Below are positions 1 through 12,914 of a stretch of 64,000 nucleotides of DNA, piece by piece. Made by a program: the position numbers and the translations under genes. Source of the DNA: Sminthopsis crassicaudata (lineage: Eukaryota); contig NC_133620.1 of NCBI RefSeq assembly GCF_048593235.1, forward strand, positions 348,306,454-348,370,453, written 5' to 3'. Under the pieces are notes generated by a model, which saw only the letters and a program-made list of their open reading frames with translations, did no database searches and was not told the origin of the DNA. How positions within the stretch are numbered: the first letter of the stretch is position 1; the number at the start of each line of letters is the position of its first letter.

Positions 1-8
1 GGCAGTGG

Positions 9-180
9 NNNNNNNNNNNNNNNNNNNNNNNNNNNNNNNNNNNNNNNNNNNNNNNNNNNNNNNNNNNNNNNNNNNNNNNNNNNNNNNNNNNNNNNNNNNN
101 NNNNNNNNNNNNNNNNNNNNNNNNNNNNNNNNNNNNNNNNNNNNNNNNNNNNNNNNNNNNNNNNNNNNNNNNNNNNNNNN
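9..180. other. Assembly gap (N run)
   Basis: Run of n in the sequence. Confidence 1.
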
Positions 181-710
181 CCAACCCCCATCCCCTTCCT
201 GGGGAGTAGGGGCGGGAGGTGGCTGGGGAGTGGGGTGCTGTGAGGGGTGGCAGCCCCATCCCTTCATCACGGAAGCAAGTTTGTATGGAAGTGGGAAGCG
301 GCTACCTAGGGTGATGGCTCTGTCTCTACCCTGTTTGTCAGGCCCTCCCTTCCACAACCACATCTTTCCTCTGCCTAAAGGTGAGCTGTGATTAAGAGGA
401 AAATACGGCTTAGCTGGCTCCATCCCATTCCCCTTTGGCTGCTGGCCTGCCATGTGGCAGGGAGGACTCCAGCTGGTGCTGCTCTCACCCAAGCCTTCTC
501 TCCCCTCCCTGACCTATGTGCAGATGAGTGCCTGGGGACCTCCCAAGTGCCACTACGGAGCAGGAAAAATCCTTAACCCCTATTCCCAAAGAAGCAGAGA
601 GCTGCCTGGAGGGCTGGAGGAACATGGGTGAGCACAGCCCAAACTCCAGTACTACAGAAGCCAGTGTGTGAGAAAGCAAAGCAAGATGCAAAGCTTTTTT
701 TTTTTTTTTT

Positions 711-716
711 TTTATT
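711..716 (-). terminator. Candidate poly(A) signal of CDK5RAP3
   Basis: AATAAA on the minus strand, about 240 nt after the stop codon, running into a genomic A tract (T19 at 695-713 on +). Confidence 0.6.
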
Positions 717-955
717 AAGCCCCACAATTACTGGCTAATCAGACAACAAAGCCAATCACAGTAACTTCTCACAGAATAAAGTGCCAAGGAGCAAGTTCTC
801 TAAATCCTTCCTTCAGACCAACAGTTTAGTTTTTTGAGGTCTTCTTCCCTTTGTAGACTATTTCAATTAGACTGGCCTATGAATGTCCATCACATCTAAC
901 ATGCCTCCATCTCAAAGATGGAGCAAGGAAGAAGGCAGGAAGAAGGCAGGAGATC

Positions 956-3900
956 TCACAGGAAGGTCCCCATCAAGTTCACAGGACGGCCGTTGTACCT
1001 TTTGGAAATGTCTGCTTCGATCTGCAAGACAGTAACACTGAGTGAAGCTCCTGGGGTATCACAGGAGGAGAAAGAAAGCAGAACTGAGCACTCTCCAGGG
1101 CCAGGCTATGCCCTGGCCTGATCAGGCTCGCCTCAATTTCCATTTCTTACCAATTTCTGCAGCTCTTTTGTTTTCTCTATCAGCAGGTCCAGTTTGGGCT
1201 CCAGAGATGCCTGCTCCTCAAGAGCCTCCTGCCTCTTCTGGACCATCAGCTCTTTCTTTAGGGCCAACAATTCAGACTGCTTTAGTTTCTGCCGGAGGAG
1301 ATCGGTTACCCGATCCACATACCTGGAGAGGAAACCCAAGTCAAAGCATGAGGTCTAATTACCGATCATGGGGCTACAGCCTCACAATCTAACCATGCTT
1401 TCTGGGCAAAATCCAGCTATGATCAGTGTTCTGGCACCCAAGCTCAGACTCCAAAACCCTTCCTCTCCAAGAAGCAAGCCACCTCGCTCTGACCCTTGGG
1501 GAAACAATTCTACACATACAACTGGCAACTAGTAGGCCACCCCTGAGCCAACGGTGACCTTGAAAACACAAGGAGATAGTAAAGGAAATAAGAAAAAAGG
1601 AAGATGTATTAACAGGTCAAAAAAAGAACAGGAAGAACCACACTGGCTGCAGAGCTGCTGCTATGGATGTAGCATCCTCAGAGAAGCCTCATATATACAC
1701 ACTCTTACTCAAACCATCACATACTACAGGGGAAAGCCAGACCTTGGTGAGGCCAGGATCATAAACAGGTGTTGCATTCGAAGATTGGTGAGCTGGCCAA
1801 TCAGATCCTGCAAAACTGACACCATGACAACCACTTTTGCTTTGGTCTGACCCTGCAGGATAGGTGGAGCCAGTTGGAACTGGCTCACTGATAGGATGTC
1901 TGCCTCCTCACTCATCTCCAACGCTCTCTGGGACAAGAAGATTTCTAACTGAGAAAAGAGAACAAAAAGGATCTGAACAGCTGTTTACAAAGTTCCATTA
2001 AGTTTCTGGCAATTGGGTGACTCTTTAAACCACTGGTGACCCTTGAGCTGATTCAAAATCAAGACTGGGAATGCTCTTTATTAGGTGCTGGGGGCAGGGA
2101 AGGGACTGACTACCTGGTCTGTGTGACTGAAAACTTAACTAGACTGAAATGGACTCTGGCCTTTCTCCCCACAATCTGTCACTGAAGCCATGTGCCTCAC
2201 CCACTCCTAAATCTCCTCCCTTCCCTCCCTAGACTGTAAGAAAGGACAGGTCAAGTGAACAAAACTGAAATAACTCAAAGGGTTGAGCAAAAGAGCACCT
2301 GTGGGCAGATGATGCAAGGAGGCCATGTACCAAAAAACAAACCAACAAAAACCCTCTGACAATCCCTGACCTAAAAAAAGGAAGGAAACCTGAAGATCGT
2401 GGGCATCTGAATACTTTGCTTCACCACAATTAAAGACAAAGACTGGCAGAATATGGGACTGAGCTACCCCATCAACTTCTGGGCTAAGGAATGGGGTTCT
2501 ATAGAGTTCCAACTCCTTGACTGTTAATACTTTTCCCACTGATTATTAGGAGACAGACATAAAACTGTTTTATCTTTACCATCTCACTGACACAAGTGCC
2601 AGGTAAATCTCAGGAAGTAATTCAGACTTCCATTTTATAAAAAGTTAAGAGTAAGGCCACTTATTTTACAATTATACTCCTGCCCTAGGAGCCCTTCTGC
2701 TCCTCTCCCCTAATTCTCCGAATTCCCGATACCTCCATGAGTTCATCAACAAACTGATTCCGGGTTTCGGGGTATTCAAGAAGAGTCAGAGCATCAGGAC
2801 CCCTTGCAACACCTTCTGGAGCTGCCAGAAGAAAAATAAGACAATAAAGCAGAACATACAAGGAGATGTGATTGCCAGGGCAGGAAAGAAAGCCTTAGAT
2901 GCATGAAGCCCTGAGCACTCCCAGGACTGGTGAGGACACAGCCTTTCTCCACCAAAGCAACAACGCTCCCCCAACCCATCCCCTGAACCAAAGGAGAAGG
3001 CACAACCCCACTTGAGTGGTCTCAGTCCTTGTGGGTGTGAGACCAGAGACCACCTGGCCGAGCCATGGAAAGTTACAGAAGCATATCTGGATTGAATATA
3101 AATTTTGGACTTAGCAACAAAGGGTCCAAGCTCCTCAATAACACAGGTAAGAGGCCAGACCAAGTTTCATACCACAGTGCCCTCTAGTGGCAGACTCTCA
3201 TCACTACGCTGCCCTTCCAGGCCACATGATAGCCAGGGATTGACTTCACAGCCCCATGACTCCTGGAACAACTTGGCAAAGACCAGTTTTCAAGAGGACA
3301 GAGTTGGGTCCCAAAGGGGCCTTGGGAATGAGAAAGCCAAGTGGGCTTGGGCATAATTTCAAGCCCTTTTTCACAACCATCCCCTCTTTCCACATGAAGA
3401 ATGCAAGAACACGACCAAACGTGCAGAGTCTCAGCCCCTGCTGTATATTTCTTTGCAGACCTAGAATTTGATCCCACACAAGCTGAACAGCATGGAATGA
3501 AGACCATTTACCCTGGGTTCCTGCTTCTAGGACTGTTATTTGTAGGGGGCCAGCATCTCCATCTCCCCAATTTATTCCTTCGTTACCAGTTTCCTGCAAG
3601 TAGACCAAAAAATCCCAGTAAAATGCCGGTTCAGGAAAATTTCTGCCACAGAATAAAGAGTTTACATACCAGGAAAAAGAAGAAAGGAACTAAGATGTCC
3701 CAAATACCTGACTAATTATCTTTAAAAATTCAACCAACTTGGTAAAGTTGGTACTCGAAGCCACGGCTAAAATGCCTCTGGATTTCTCCAACCTCCCATC
3801 CCAATGTTTTCACAAGTTATCTACTATCCCCTCTCCTTCCCTTCAAATTATCCCTGATAAAGGAGGAGAGGAAATTGTCCTAATTGACCTTTGTGACTTA

Positions 3901-6900
3901 ACAACATTAGGAAGACTCTCTTCTCACTTGTTCACCCACGTTTCAGTATCCAACCCACAACTAGAACTACTTGCCCCTCCCAGGCCTGTATATTCAAACC
4001 TAATACAATATGTCCCGATTCCCAGACAACAGAAGAAAAGAATTAGAATTGATAGCATCATTTTTAAAGACTTGGCATGTTCTGGATTATATGATACCCT
4101 CAAGTATAAACATTTTTTAAAGTAGGGGTCTTATGATTTAAGTAAGGTATCACAGATATCGCCTCAAGCTCAGAAACCTAACCTTTGCATCAGACTCCAA
4201 TGAGATTCCCCAATCAATTTCGTCTGTCTCAGCAGAGATGCCATAGCTAATTCCTTCCGAAGTTGACTCTATCGCAAAGTTGCCCCAGTCAATCTGGAAA
4301 ATGGAGAGGAAATACAAAAGGAAGTGAGTGAGATGAGGCTTTTTTCCCATTGCTTTTTACTGGATTGCTGCTGAGAGACCTAAAACAGTTTAACTGTGTT
4401 GGTGTGACCTATGCTGTCAAACAGCATAGTATAAAGCTGGATAGCTGGGTCCAAAGCAGTCCTCCAGACTAGGTTCCTTATTAAGCTACTACCCCTCCAG
4501 TGTAGCTGCTCAATAGCCAGACCAGAAAACAGGGCTAATATAGCCTCTCTGATCTCTTCTCCCAAAACCCATCTCAAACTCCCCCACCACCACCCCCCGG
4601 TTCATTTGAGGAAACTAAAAATGGGCTGTATGGATTGAGCTACTGGTATAGGCAGGAGTAATGACTCGCTTTTGGGATGGGAGCCTTCATACCAAAGCCA
4701 AGCTTACCGCATCATCCGCCACCTGCTCAGGGGGCTCCTCCAGACATGGCCGCTCAATCACCGTGGGCTCTGTGCCCATCCTCCACTCGTACACGGTCGT
4801 GTTTCCCCGCTTCTGCACGTGTCTCAGCATTGGCACTACCTGCTCAGTGGGGCTTCAATGCACAAGTCATTACTTTCCCCCCCCTGCCCAGGTATGACCA
4901 TTATGGATTCCTGAACTATACTATCTCATGAACCATCTCTCTTTAGTGGAAAGGGCTATACAGCTAGCTGTTTTCTTTGCTAAATATGGGGGATAGAAAC
5001 AGAAAACCCAAGTGTTATGTGAAAAGAAGAGGTGACAACTAGGGAAAATGAATTCCTTCCTCCTGTTCCTCATACTATTTCCCTTTACAGGCTTTACTTT
5101 TCAGCCAAATCAGATTACTCAGTATATTCCGTACCTTTACTTGCACTTTTCCTTATTGCCTAGAATAATCTTCCTTCCTTCATTCCCTTCCCCTTGAAGA
5201 ATATGTATTCATCTTTCAAAATCCAGCTAAAATACTACCTATTCCAAAAAACCTTTCCTGATTTCCAAAGTTGGCAATATTTTCCCCCTCATTACCCCAA
5301 ATATGCACATACATTCCACATATTAATTTGTATCAGCTTTCTAATCTGACCACAGTGGCAAGTATGGCACATTCTATATACGTCATATTCCCCTACTAGC
5401 TCTTAGATCATGAAGGCCATCACTATATCTTATCTAATATACATATCTAAACCTTCTCTCTCTCAGAGATACACAGTACTTTGTAAACAGTAAGCACATA
5501 ATAAGCATTTGTTGAAATGTAAGAAAGGAAAAAAGGTCCTCTATTTACCTCTCACACACAAACCCCACACAGGCCTGGTAAAGCTCGATAGCTTCCCACA
5601 ATGACTCAACTCTGGCCCCAATCTCAGTCAACAAACTTGGCAAATCCTTCACCAATGCCAGCAACTCTCTTCGGACGCTGTCTCCCTGGAGATAAAGTAG
5701 GAGACATGAACTACTATGGGAATAGTGGAAAGTCTAAGCTTAATGGGAACCCAAGTCCAGCAAGATGGGTCAAAAACAGCATATAAAGTCGACTAGAGAG
5801 GAAATCTTTCTCAAATTGAGCCTGGGACTTGGAGAGTTGGAACAGTCTGTCATCCAGTATTCTTCACCAACTCTGGCTAAAGTGTGAGGTGGAAGGCCTC
5901 GGTGCCCACGGTCACTCACGGTGATGCCGTACTGTTTGCAAGAGTTGTAGAAACGCTCCTTCATCTCTGCAGCTCCCAGCTGGCACTCTTCCTCCTTGCG
6001 GCTGTACTCCTGCTGCAGTTGCTGGCACTTGGCTATCTGCTTCTTCAGGGAGGGTATCTCATAGCTGACATTTCGTACCAGGAGGCTGGAGATTTCCACT
6101 GGGGAGGGGCAAGGAGGCATGAAAACCAGGTCAGAGCTCAAACTAGGATTCCCCATGGAGTAAACAAGGCATCATTCTGGATGATGGAGAGAGGGAAAGG
6201 GCCCGCACTGCCCTCCACAGCTTAGCAGCTGGTGGGTGAAAGCATTCATACAATGTGCACACACATGCATGTGTGCCCAGAGAAGGGCTGTGGACAGAAG
6301 GGGCACTTCCTGAGCATAAGTTCAACCTCCTCCATGAATTCTGATTGTCCTTATAAATACAATCAGGTAATAAAGACAAAATTTCAATGCTGACAAGGAT
6401 CTCGGAGCCTAGCTGGCCTAATCTTTAACTCAATAAGAACTCTTCTAAAACACACTAAATGGACATCCAGCCTTCAAAGCGCCAGTCTCCATTTTTAAAT
6501 AGCTCTCCTTGTTAAAAATCTTTCTTTTTACATAAAGCCAAATTTGTCTCACTACAACTTCCTCCCAATGCTCACAATTCTATAGGCAGTCAGAACAAAA
6601 TTTTAACTCCTTTCTCCACAATAGCCCTCCAGATTCTGTCACACATCCCCTAAGCTTTTCTTCTCCAAGTTAAATATCCCAAATGCTTTCAACCACTCTT
6701 CATAAGAAATGATCTTAAGGCCCTTCACCAAAGCTCCTCTGGTCAAATGTCACACGTTTTTAATATCTTTCTTAAAAGATAGATCCCAGGCTTGAAAACA
6801 ATAATCTAATGAAGAAAACAACCCTTCTCAAGTCTTAAACACTCTGTCTCTCTTAACAAAGTCTAGGGCTAAATTAGCTTTAGGAGATCTCACACTGCTG

Positions 6901-9900
6901 ATTTTTGTTCAGTCCACTAACCACCCCAGAACTTTCTCATATGACCTGCCATCAAGCCATGTTTTGTTCTATTTTGGCATCTGGGAAGATGATTTTGGAA
7001 TTCAAGTAAAGACTTTATATTCATTCTTATTAAGGTTCATCTTATTAGATTCCATACAACATCCTAGATTAGCAAGAGTTTCTTAGACCCTTATGTGTTA
7101 GTTTCTGGTAGCTGTCTGTAAATCTGATATGTATCCCATCTGTCTTTATATTTTAAAATATTAAATAGGATAGGGCTAGGGCTAGATCATTAGAAATCTC
7201 TTTTCAGGTTGACAAAGAACAATTCTTTGAGTGTAGTCATTGCTCTTTGTAATTCTGCAAAATTCACTTATTTATTTATTATTATAGCTTTTTATTTACA
7301 AGAGCTATGCAAGGATAATTTTTCAGCATTGACTCTGGCAAAACCTTCTATTCCAACTTTTTCCCTCATTCCCCCCATCCCCTTCCCTAGACAGCAGGTA
7401 GACAAATACATGTTAAATATATTAAAGTATATGTTAAATACAATATATGTACACATATCCATACAGTTATTTGCAAAATTCACTTTTGATAATTTTGTGG
7501 TGGTTCTCATTTAAATCACTATAGTCATTATGCACTGTTTTCTTTTCATCATTCTTATAGCTCTGTTATGCTCCATTATATTGTTTATCTAAATCCACCT
7601 AATTGTACTATCTTGTCCAAAATTCTATCAAGTATTTCACTAAAATGCTATATCTATGGCATCTCCCTACCAAGACAGCAAGAACATTAAAAATTTTATA
7701 AGGTTTCTTCTGCCTCCAAATACCCACAGCTCAGGTTTCCAACTTAAGAATCCATGGAAGTTTTAGGGAACATTTGGGAGTCTACTTTCCTACAGGTAGC
7801 CTGGGTTGAGTCACCTTACCTAGGTAAGTGCTGTCCTTCTCATACAAAGACACAATTTCCTGCCAATCCTGAAATAAGAAGGGAAATGAAGAATGAGCTA
7901 GAACAATAAATGACAGTGTCACAAACTAGCCTCTGAGCCCCAGACGAGAATCGAGACCCCACATCAGACACTTAAATAATCTAACTTACTTCCATTGACT
8001 CAGAACAATGGCTGAATTGCCCAGTGTATTTTAAGAATATGATGTCAAGCAAGAAATCTCCAAAACAGAATAAGTCTAAAATATATGCAAAGTGAAAAGG
8101 AAGCCTCTAATGAAGAGAGGAGGTTCAGGAAATTTTTTTTTTAATTCATTTTTCCAAATTATCCCCTCCCTCCCTCCACTCCCTCACCCCGATGGCAGGT
8201 AATCCCATACATTTTACATGTGTTACAATATAACCTAGATACAATATATGTGTGTAAATACCATTTTCTTGTTGCACGTTAATTATTAGCTTTCAGGAAA
8301 TATTTCTATGTAAATCTTAAAAGAGAAGATGATGTTAGTCTTCAAAGAGTGGGCACTGACTAAACAAAATAAATGTAATGGGATATTACTGAGCTATGAG
8401 AAATGATACATGTGATGACTACAGAGAAGCATGGAAAAAAAAACGATATACATATTGGCTACAGTAATATAAATAGAAAGGACCACAAAACAATCAGAAG
8501 TGAATTTTGCAAAATTACAAACAAACATAACTCCAAAGAAGAAATATAAGAATACTACTCCAGTTCCACTTTTACCAAGAGCTAGACAGTCCAGGGTATG
8601 GCACATTGAATATATTTTCAGACATTTTAAAGGTACTGATCAATTTTAGTTTTTGTTTTTTTTTTCCCTTTAAAAATATTTGTCATATGGGATGGCTCTC
8701 TTGGAGGGAGAGAGGGGATAGAGAAATACTGGGGAAATTTTTGGTGTCATTTAAAAAAAGATATCAAGAAAAATATATCTTTAAAAAATCTTCAAAGAAT
8801 CATAAAATTTTAAAGCTAGAAGAGACCTTGGATATGATACGGTTTTCAGGCCCACAAATCACCTGAAGCACCTTAACAATAAATGGCATAAAGGCAACTG
8901 GTTGACACAGTGGACAGAATACTGGCCTTAAGTCAGGAGGACCTGAGTTCAAATCCAACCTCAGGTACTTAATGCTTATTAGCTGTATGACCTAAGCAAG
9001 TTACTTAATCCCAATTGCCTGGCAAAAACCAAACCAAACCATAATAAATGGCATAAGTGCAGAGCCCCATAAAGGAAGTATTATTGGCACTTGTATTTTA
9101 CAGATGAGGAAACTGTGGAACAGAAAGGGTCAGTGTCCTGCAAATGGTCACATGGTATAGGAGATGGGGTCAAACCTACCTCTTTCCTGACTCTAATTCT
9201 AGAACATATTTCACTAGATTTCACTAACTCATTTGTTGGGATGTTCCCACCCCCTGAGTCCACAATTACCTTCATTCTCTGTGAAGAATATCTGCCAAAA
9301 ATATTTTTTGTGGAGGCTTCAGTGCCTTTGAGGAGGTCCACAATTCTCAGACAATGGAAATAGTGAATATCTGAAAGTCATAAAAGAAAGAAAGCTGAGC
9401 AGTCTTTGTAAAGTCTACTCCCTACCTATTCCTGTGGATAAGGGTGATGAGTGAAAGGAATATGTTTCCATTTCCTTATCAGTCTGGGGAAACAAGAATC
9501 CCTTTTCCACTCCAAAAGAAGCTATTATGTGTTAAGGACCATACAAAGTGCAAAGCCTAGAAAGTGCTAAAGGGGACATTATCATTTAGGGGCAGGTCGG
9601 TTTGCAGAAAGCCCTCCCCAGGTGTGACCTTTACAGACACAGATGTTACTTGTGAATTGGGAATGAAATAAATCAGAGGGAAGAGGGAAGAGGAGAGAGG
9701 TCAGAAAATGCAACTGCCTCTCAGTCTCCTTGTATTGTTATCATCCCCTCACATGAAGGGATCTATTCTGCTGGCCAGAATTAAGATCCCCAGCAACCAC
9801 TGGCAGGTGGCTCCCATAACAATTATGGATTAGGCTGAATTGCTAAGGGCATAGAAAATAACTCAAGTGAAATGTGCCAAACTTACTCCCTTAATCTTAA

Positions 9901-12120
9901 AAAAAAAAAACCCAAAACAAAAACCTGACTCCAGAAACTCTAAACCTTAAAAATATACTGATAACCTCTAATAAAGTGAAAAATCCCATAGATAATCAAA
10001 ATATTTCTAGTAGCAACTTGTTAAAATCTGGTAATGAAGAACTAGACATAAAGTAGATCTTCATCAAATAGAGAATGGAAAACAAATCTTGGTATACAAA
10101 TGTAATGGCAGAATTAGAAAAACAATACATACAATGATTACAACAATGTAAACTAGAAAGAACAACCAAAAAAACCCCAACCCCAATACTTTCCACCCAA
10201 TGAAGAGATGGAAATGCATCTCTATCCCTTCTTTTTATACGTGGGTAATCTAGAGCAGTGGTCCTCAAACTTCTTAAATAGGGGCCCAGTTCACTGTCCC
10301 TCAGACACTCTGTCTCCGCCCCTCGGCCCACTTGCCATAACCCAGCGGCTGCATCTGGCCCGAGGGCCGTAGTACTTTATTGCTGTGATATGTTAGAATG
10401 AGGTGATTTTTCCCCCCCTTAATTAGGAACAGCTATCTAAGAATAAGGGAGAGATAGACATATCGGGAAATTAAGATGCTGTAAAAAAAAAAATAAATGA
10501 CAACAAAATCCTCCAAACAAAACTGCCTGATGGACTCACAGGATCCGGAGAGCAGCTGCGCAATCTCCTCACTTTCTGGCATGTCTTGGATGGCTGAGTT
10601 TATCTTTTCTCTGATGGTCAGCACAAGGCTCTGCCATTTCAGGTTGCAGTGTCTCCTGTCCACCAGCCAGTCTGCACCAGAAACACCCAGCTAACAGAGT
10701 GCACCCGAAGCTACCCACAACCACACTAAATAAGCAAAAATTCCCCCAAAGGGACAGGGAGTTGCTATTTATTTTGCAGTGAGCAATAACTAACAGAGGA
10801 AGAAGATGGGGGCAAAGAAGTTAACAAAGTGGTGCAATGGGCGCTGAGAGCTTGCCTTCCTCTTCACTATGATCCTTCTAAGAGAACAGAATTAATACAG
10901 AGGCAAAAAGAACTCAAGTTGGTAGCGACAAGGAAGTGCTGTCCAGCAGGACAAGGACTGGACTTGAAGACAGACAATCCCTAGCTTCTCTACTTCAAAG
11001 TCCACTCGTTGACTATCTGGCACGCACCTTCCTGGGGCCTGTTTCTTGAGGGGAGCAGATCTGTAATTTCCCATTATCTGTGCCCTGGGCTAATGGACAG
11101 GGAGCAGTCTCCAAGTCAGGAAAAACCTGCATTCAAGCTGAGTCTCAAAGACTGGCTGCAGAGCTGGGGTTTGCTTTGCTCTATTATTCTACTAGGCTCG
11201 CAGGGGACCAGCTCAAGCCCAGTGCAATTAACATCCCTGAGCAATCCATGGTAAAAGTTACACAGGAAGCAAAACTAGCAACTAAAGATTTAAAAGGCAA
11301 CCTAGTCTCGCTGTTGTTTTGCAGGTGGGGGAGTGAGACTCTAGAAGGTTAACAGTTTGCTTCCACTCAGGGGCAAGATTCAAAGTAAGGTTTTCTGAGT
11401 CCAGAGCCAGTGCAAGTCCAGAGAGCCTAAATTACAGAAATTAGCCTCTTCCCCCAAAGCGTCATGGTACAAGAAAGGAAGGCTTGTCTCGGGCCGGTTA
11501 ATTCTCCCCTTGTTGATTAAGTCTCTGCAAGGTGTGCTTTCTGTGTCACCAGGACCAGGAGCTAACTCGGGAGGTACCGGTGCATCTCAAACGGGCCTTG
11601 GCTTCTCCACGGGCACTTGGCCAGTTAGTGACCCCCGGCTCGGGGGTGGGGTGGGGGGGGGCTGTCACCAGAAAAGGCAGCATCATCAGGACGTGGGAGG
11701 GGATCTTAAAATCTATCCACCCCCAGTCCCAGCCCCGTACTGCGCGATTCCCCACCCCAACCCCAACTCGTACCAAGAAGTTTGCTGGTCTGGATGTCAA
11801 TGGGCACATGCTGGTGGTCCTGGCGGGAAACAAGGGAGAAAAAGCACGTGAGCGGAGGGGCGGGGCTCCCAAGGGACCCACTCACGCCCCGCCCCTTTCC
11901 TAGTGTCCCGCACCCATCACCCCGAGGATGGGGTGCTCGAAAGGCGGGGGGATGGACTAGCTCGAGGGGGCAGTCAAAGGCTAAGGCCACCTCAGTGCAA
12001 AGTTAGCAAGGTGGGGCAAGGGTAGAGCAAGGGTGGGGTATGCATGTGGAGCTAGTAAGTGAAGTGTTTTTCGTGGTTAGTCTCCCACCCTCTCGAGACC
12101 CTTTTCCCTCAGACCTGCAT
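956..12120 (-). CDS. CDK5RAP3: CDK5 regulatory subunit-associated protein 3 (C53/LZAP; UFM1/ER-phagy adaptor), 506 aa, 14 coding exons
   Basis: Exons on minus: 12115-12120, 11774-11819, 10540-10671, 9270-9370, 7820-7868, 5920-6098, 5549-5685, 4708-4852, 4183-4293, 3512-3593, 2733-2821, 1743-1948, 1151-1322, 956-1021. All introns are GT-AG, phases are consistent, total 1521 nt. Translation MQDHQHVPIDIQTSKLLDWLVDRRHCNLKWQ...IDWG...IEADISKRYNGRPVNLMGTFL* matches CDK5RAP3 as I recall it. Confidence 0.97.
5130..5520 (+). mobile_element. L2 LINE 3' fragment in a CDK5RAP3 intron
   Basis: Degenerate L2 3'-end pattern ending cacataataagcatttgttgaaatg; boundaries approximate. Confidence 0.45.
6470..7130. 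mobile_element. Old CR1/L3-like LINE fragment
   Basis: Contains cttttcttctccaagttaaatatccc, resembling L3/CR1 remnants; highly diverged, boundaries approximate. Confidence 0.35.
7268..7480 (-). mobile_element. Marsupial-type L1 3' end fragment
   Basis: T-rich start followed by the reverse complement of the marsupial L1 3'UTR (tttttcagcattgac...ccttccctagacagcaggta...). Confidence 0.6.
8130..8290 (-). mobile_element. L1 3' end fragment
   Basis: Poly-T then cccctccctccctccactccc...gatggcaggtaatcccatacatttt, the same motif family as 45970-46375. Confidence 0.55.
8893..9040 (+). mobile_element. WSINE1-like CORE-SINE (older copy)
   Basis: tRNA-derived head (gacacagtggacaga...gagttcaaatcc), CORE segment, A-rich (AAACC)n tail. 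Confidence 0.75.
10256..10373 (+). mobile_element. hAT/Charlie MITE, OposCharlie1 (OC1)-like, right end truncated
   Basis: Begins CAGTGGTCCTCAAACTTCTTAAATAGGGGCCCAGTTCACTGTCCCTCAGAC and ends TGGCCCGAGGGCCGTAGT; preceded by ATCTAGAG (10248-10255), the NTCTAGAN Charlie target consensus. Confidence 0.7.
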
Positions 12121-12870
12121 GTTTCTTCCCTTCCACTTCCGGTACTTCTAGGAAAGGCGGTCCTCCCTCCACCTCAGTGCATATACAGGGTTGGTTGTTT
12201 ACCTAGTGTCGCTAAGGCTCACGTGTCCTTCCCGAAAAGCCACGTCGTCTCCTCCCGGCGACCAATCAGGACGCCCGGGGCATATGTCCCTCCCCCTCGC
12301 TCGCATCCTAATGGTTTGAGACGGAGGGGGAGCGAGAGAAGAGGAGGGAGAGCCAATGGGAGTTCGCGAAGAGAGTTCGTCCGGCGGAGGGCGGGCCGAC
12401 CCGGTTAGGACGGAGGCTGCGGTTGGAGGGGTGCCCACCAGCAGGCCGCGTCCTAGAGCCTCGGGCTCGGGCACTTCCCCTCCCGGCTTCCCTACCGGCC
12501 TCGGCGGGAAGTGCTTAAATCCCGGTGACCTCGGATGTTCCGCCCTTCCGGGACCCGAGGCCTAAGGCCGGGAGCCAGAAGTCCCGCACTCTTATCTGCG
12601 GAATGGGCGGGCCGGCCACAGCCTCACAGCCTCTCCTGACTCCGTCGGAGGCCCGCCGAGCATAGAGCCCGGCGCTTGCGTGCTTCTCTCCCGAGAATGG
12701 CGGCTCCGTGCTCCTAGAGGCCCAGAGTGTCAGCGCTGGGAGGGGCCTTAATCACCGGGCCAGGCCCCGAGACACCGTCCGGGCCCTCCCCGAAACCTCC
12801 AAGTGCAGGGCTCACTCCCCCCGGGCAGCTGCCCTGATGTGCTGCGCGCGCCCCTTACTGGAAGGCTTTC
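11540..12870. promoter_or_regulatory. CpG island / promoter of CDK5RAP3
   Basis: GC- and CpG-rich stretch over exons 1-2; ETS-type CCGGAAG(T) just upstream of the ATG; CCAAT boxes near 12260 and 12355; GGCGGGAA near 12505. Confidence 0.85.
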
Positions 12871-12914
12871 TGAGCCCTCAGTGCTGACCGGTTTTTGAGA
12901 AATATATAGAGAAA

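Noticed and set aside
200-250. G-run cluster as a transcription-termination G-quadruplex for CDK5RAP3
   Set aside because: The G-rich strand is the template strand for CDK5RAP3, so it does not fit the usual pause-element model; nothing else supports a function.
5-600. ORFs and a AAG|GTGAGC donor-like site at the window start
   Set aside because: Mostly N or compositionally unremarkable translation; no acceptor, no homology I recognise and no partner exon.
11510-12565. Several 70-120 aa ORFs over the CDK5RAP3 CpG island
   Set aside because: Stop-poor GC-rich DNA; only the 6-nt and 46-nt CDK5RAP3 exons have splice and homology support.
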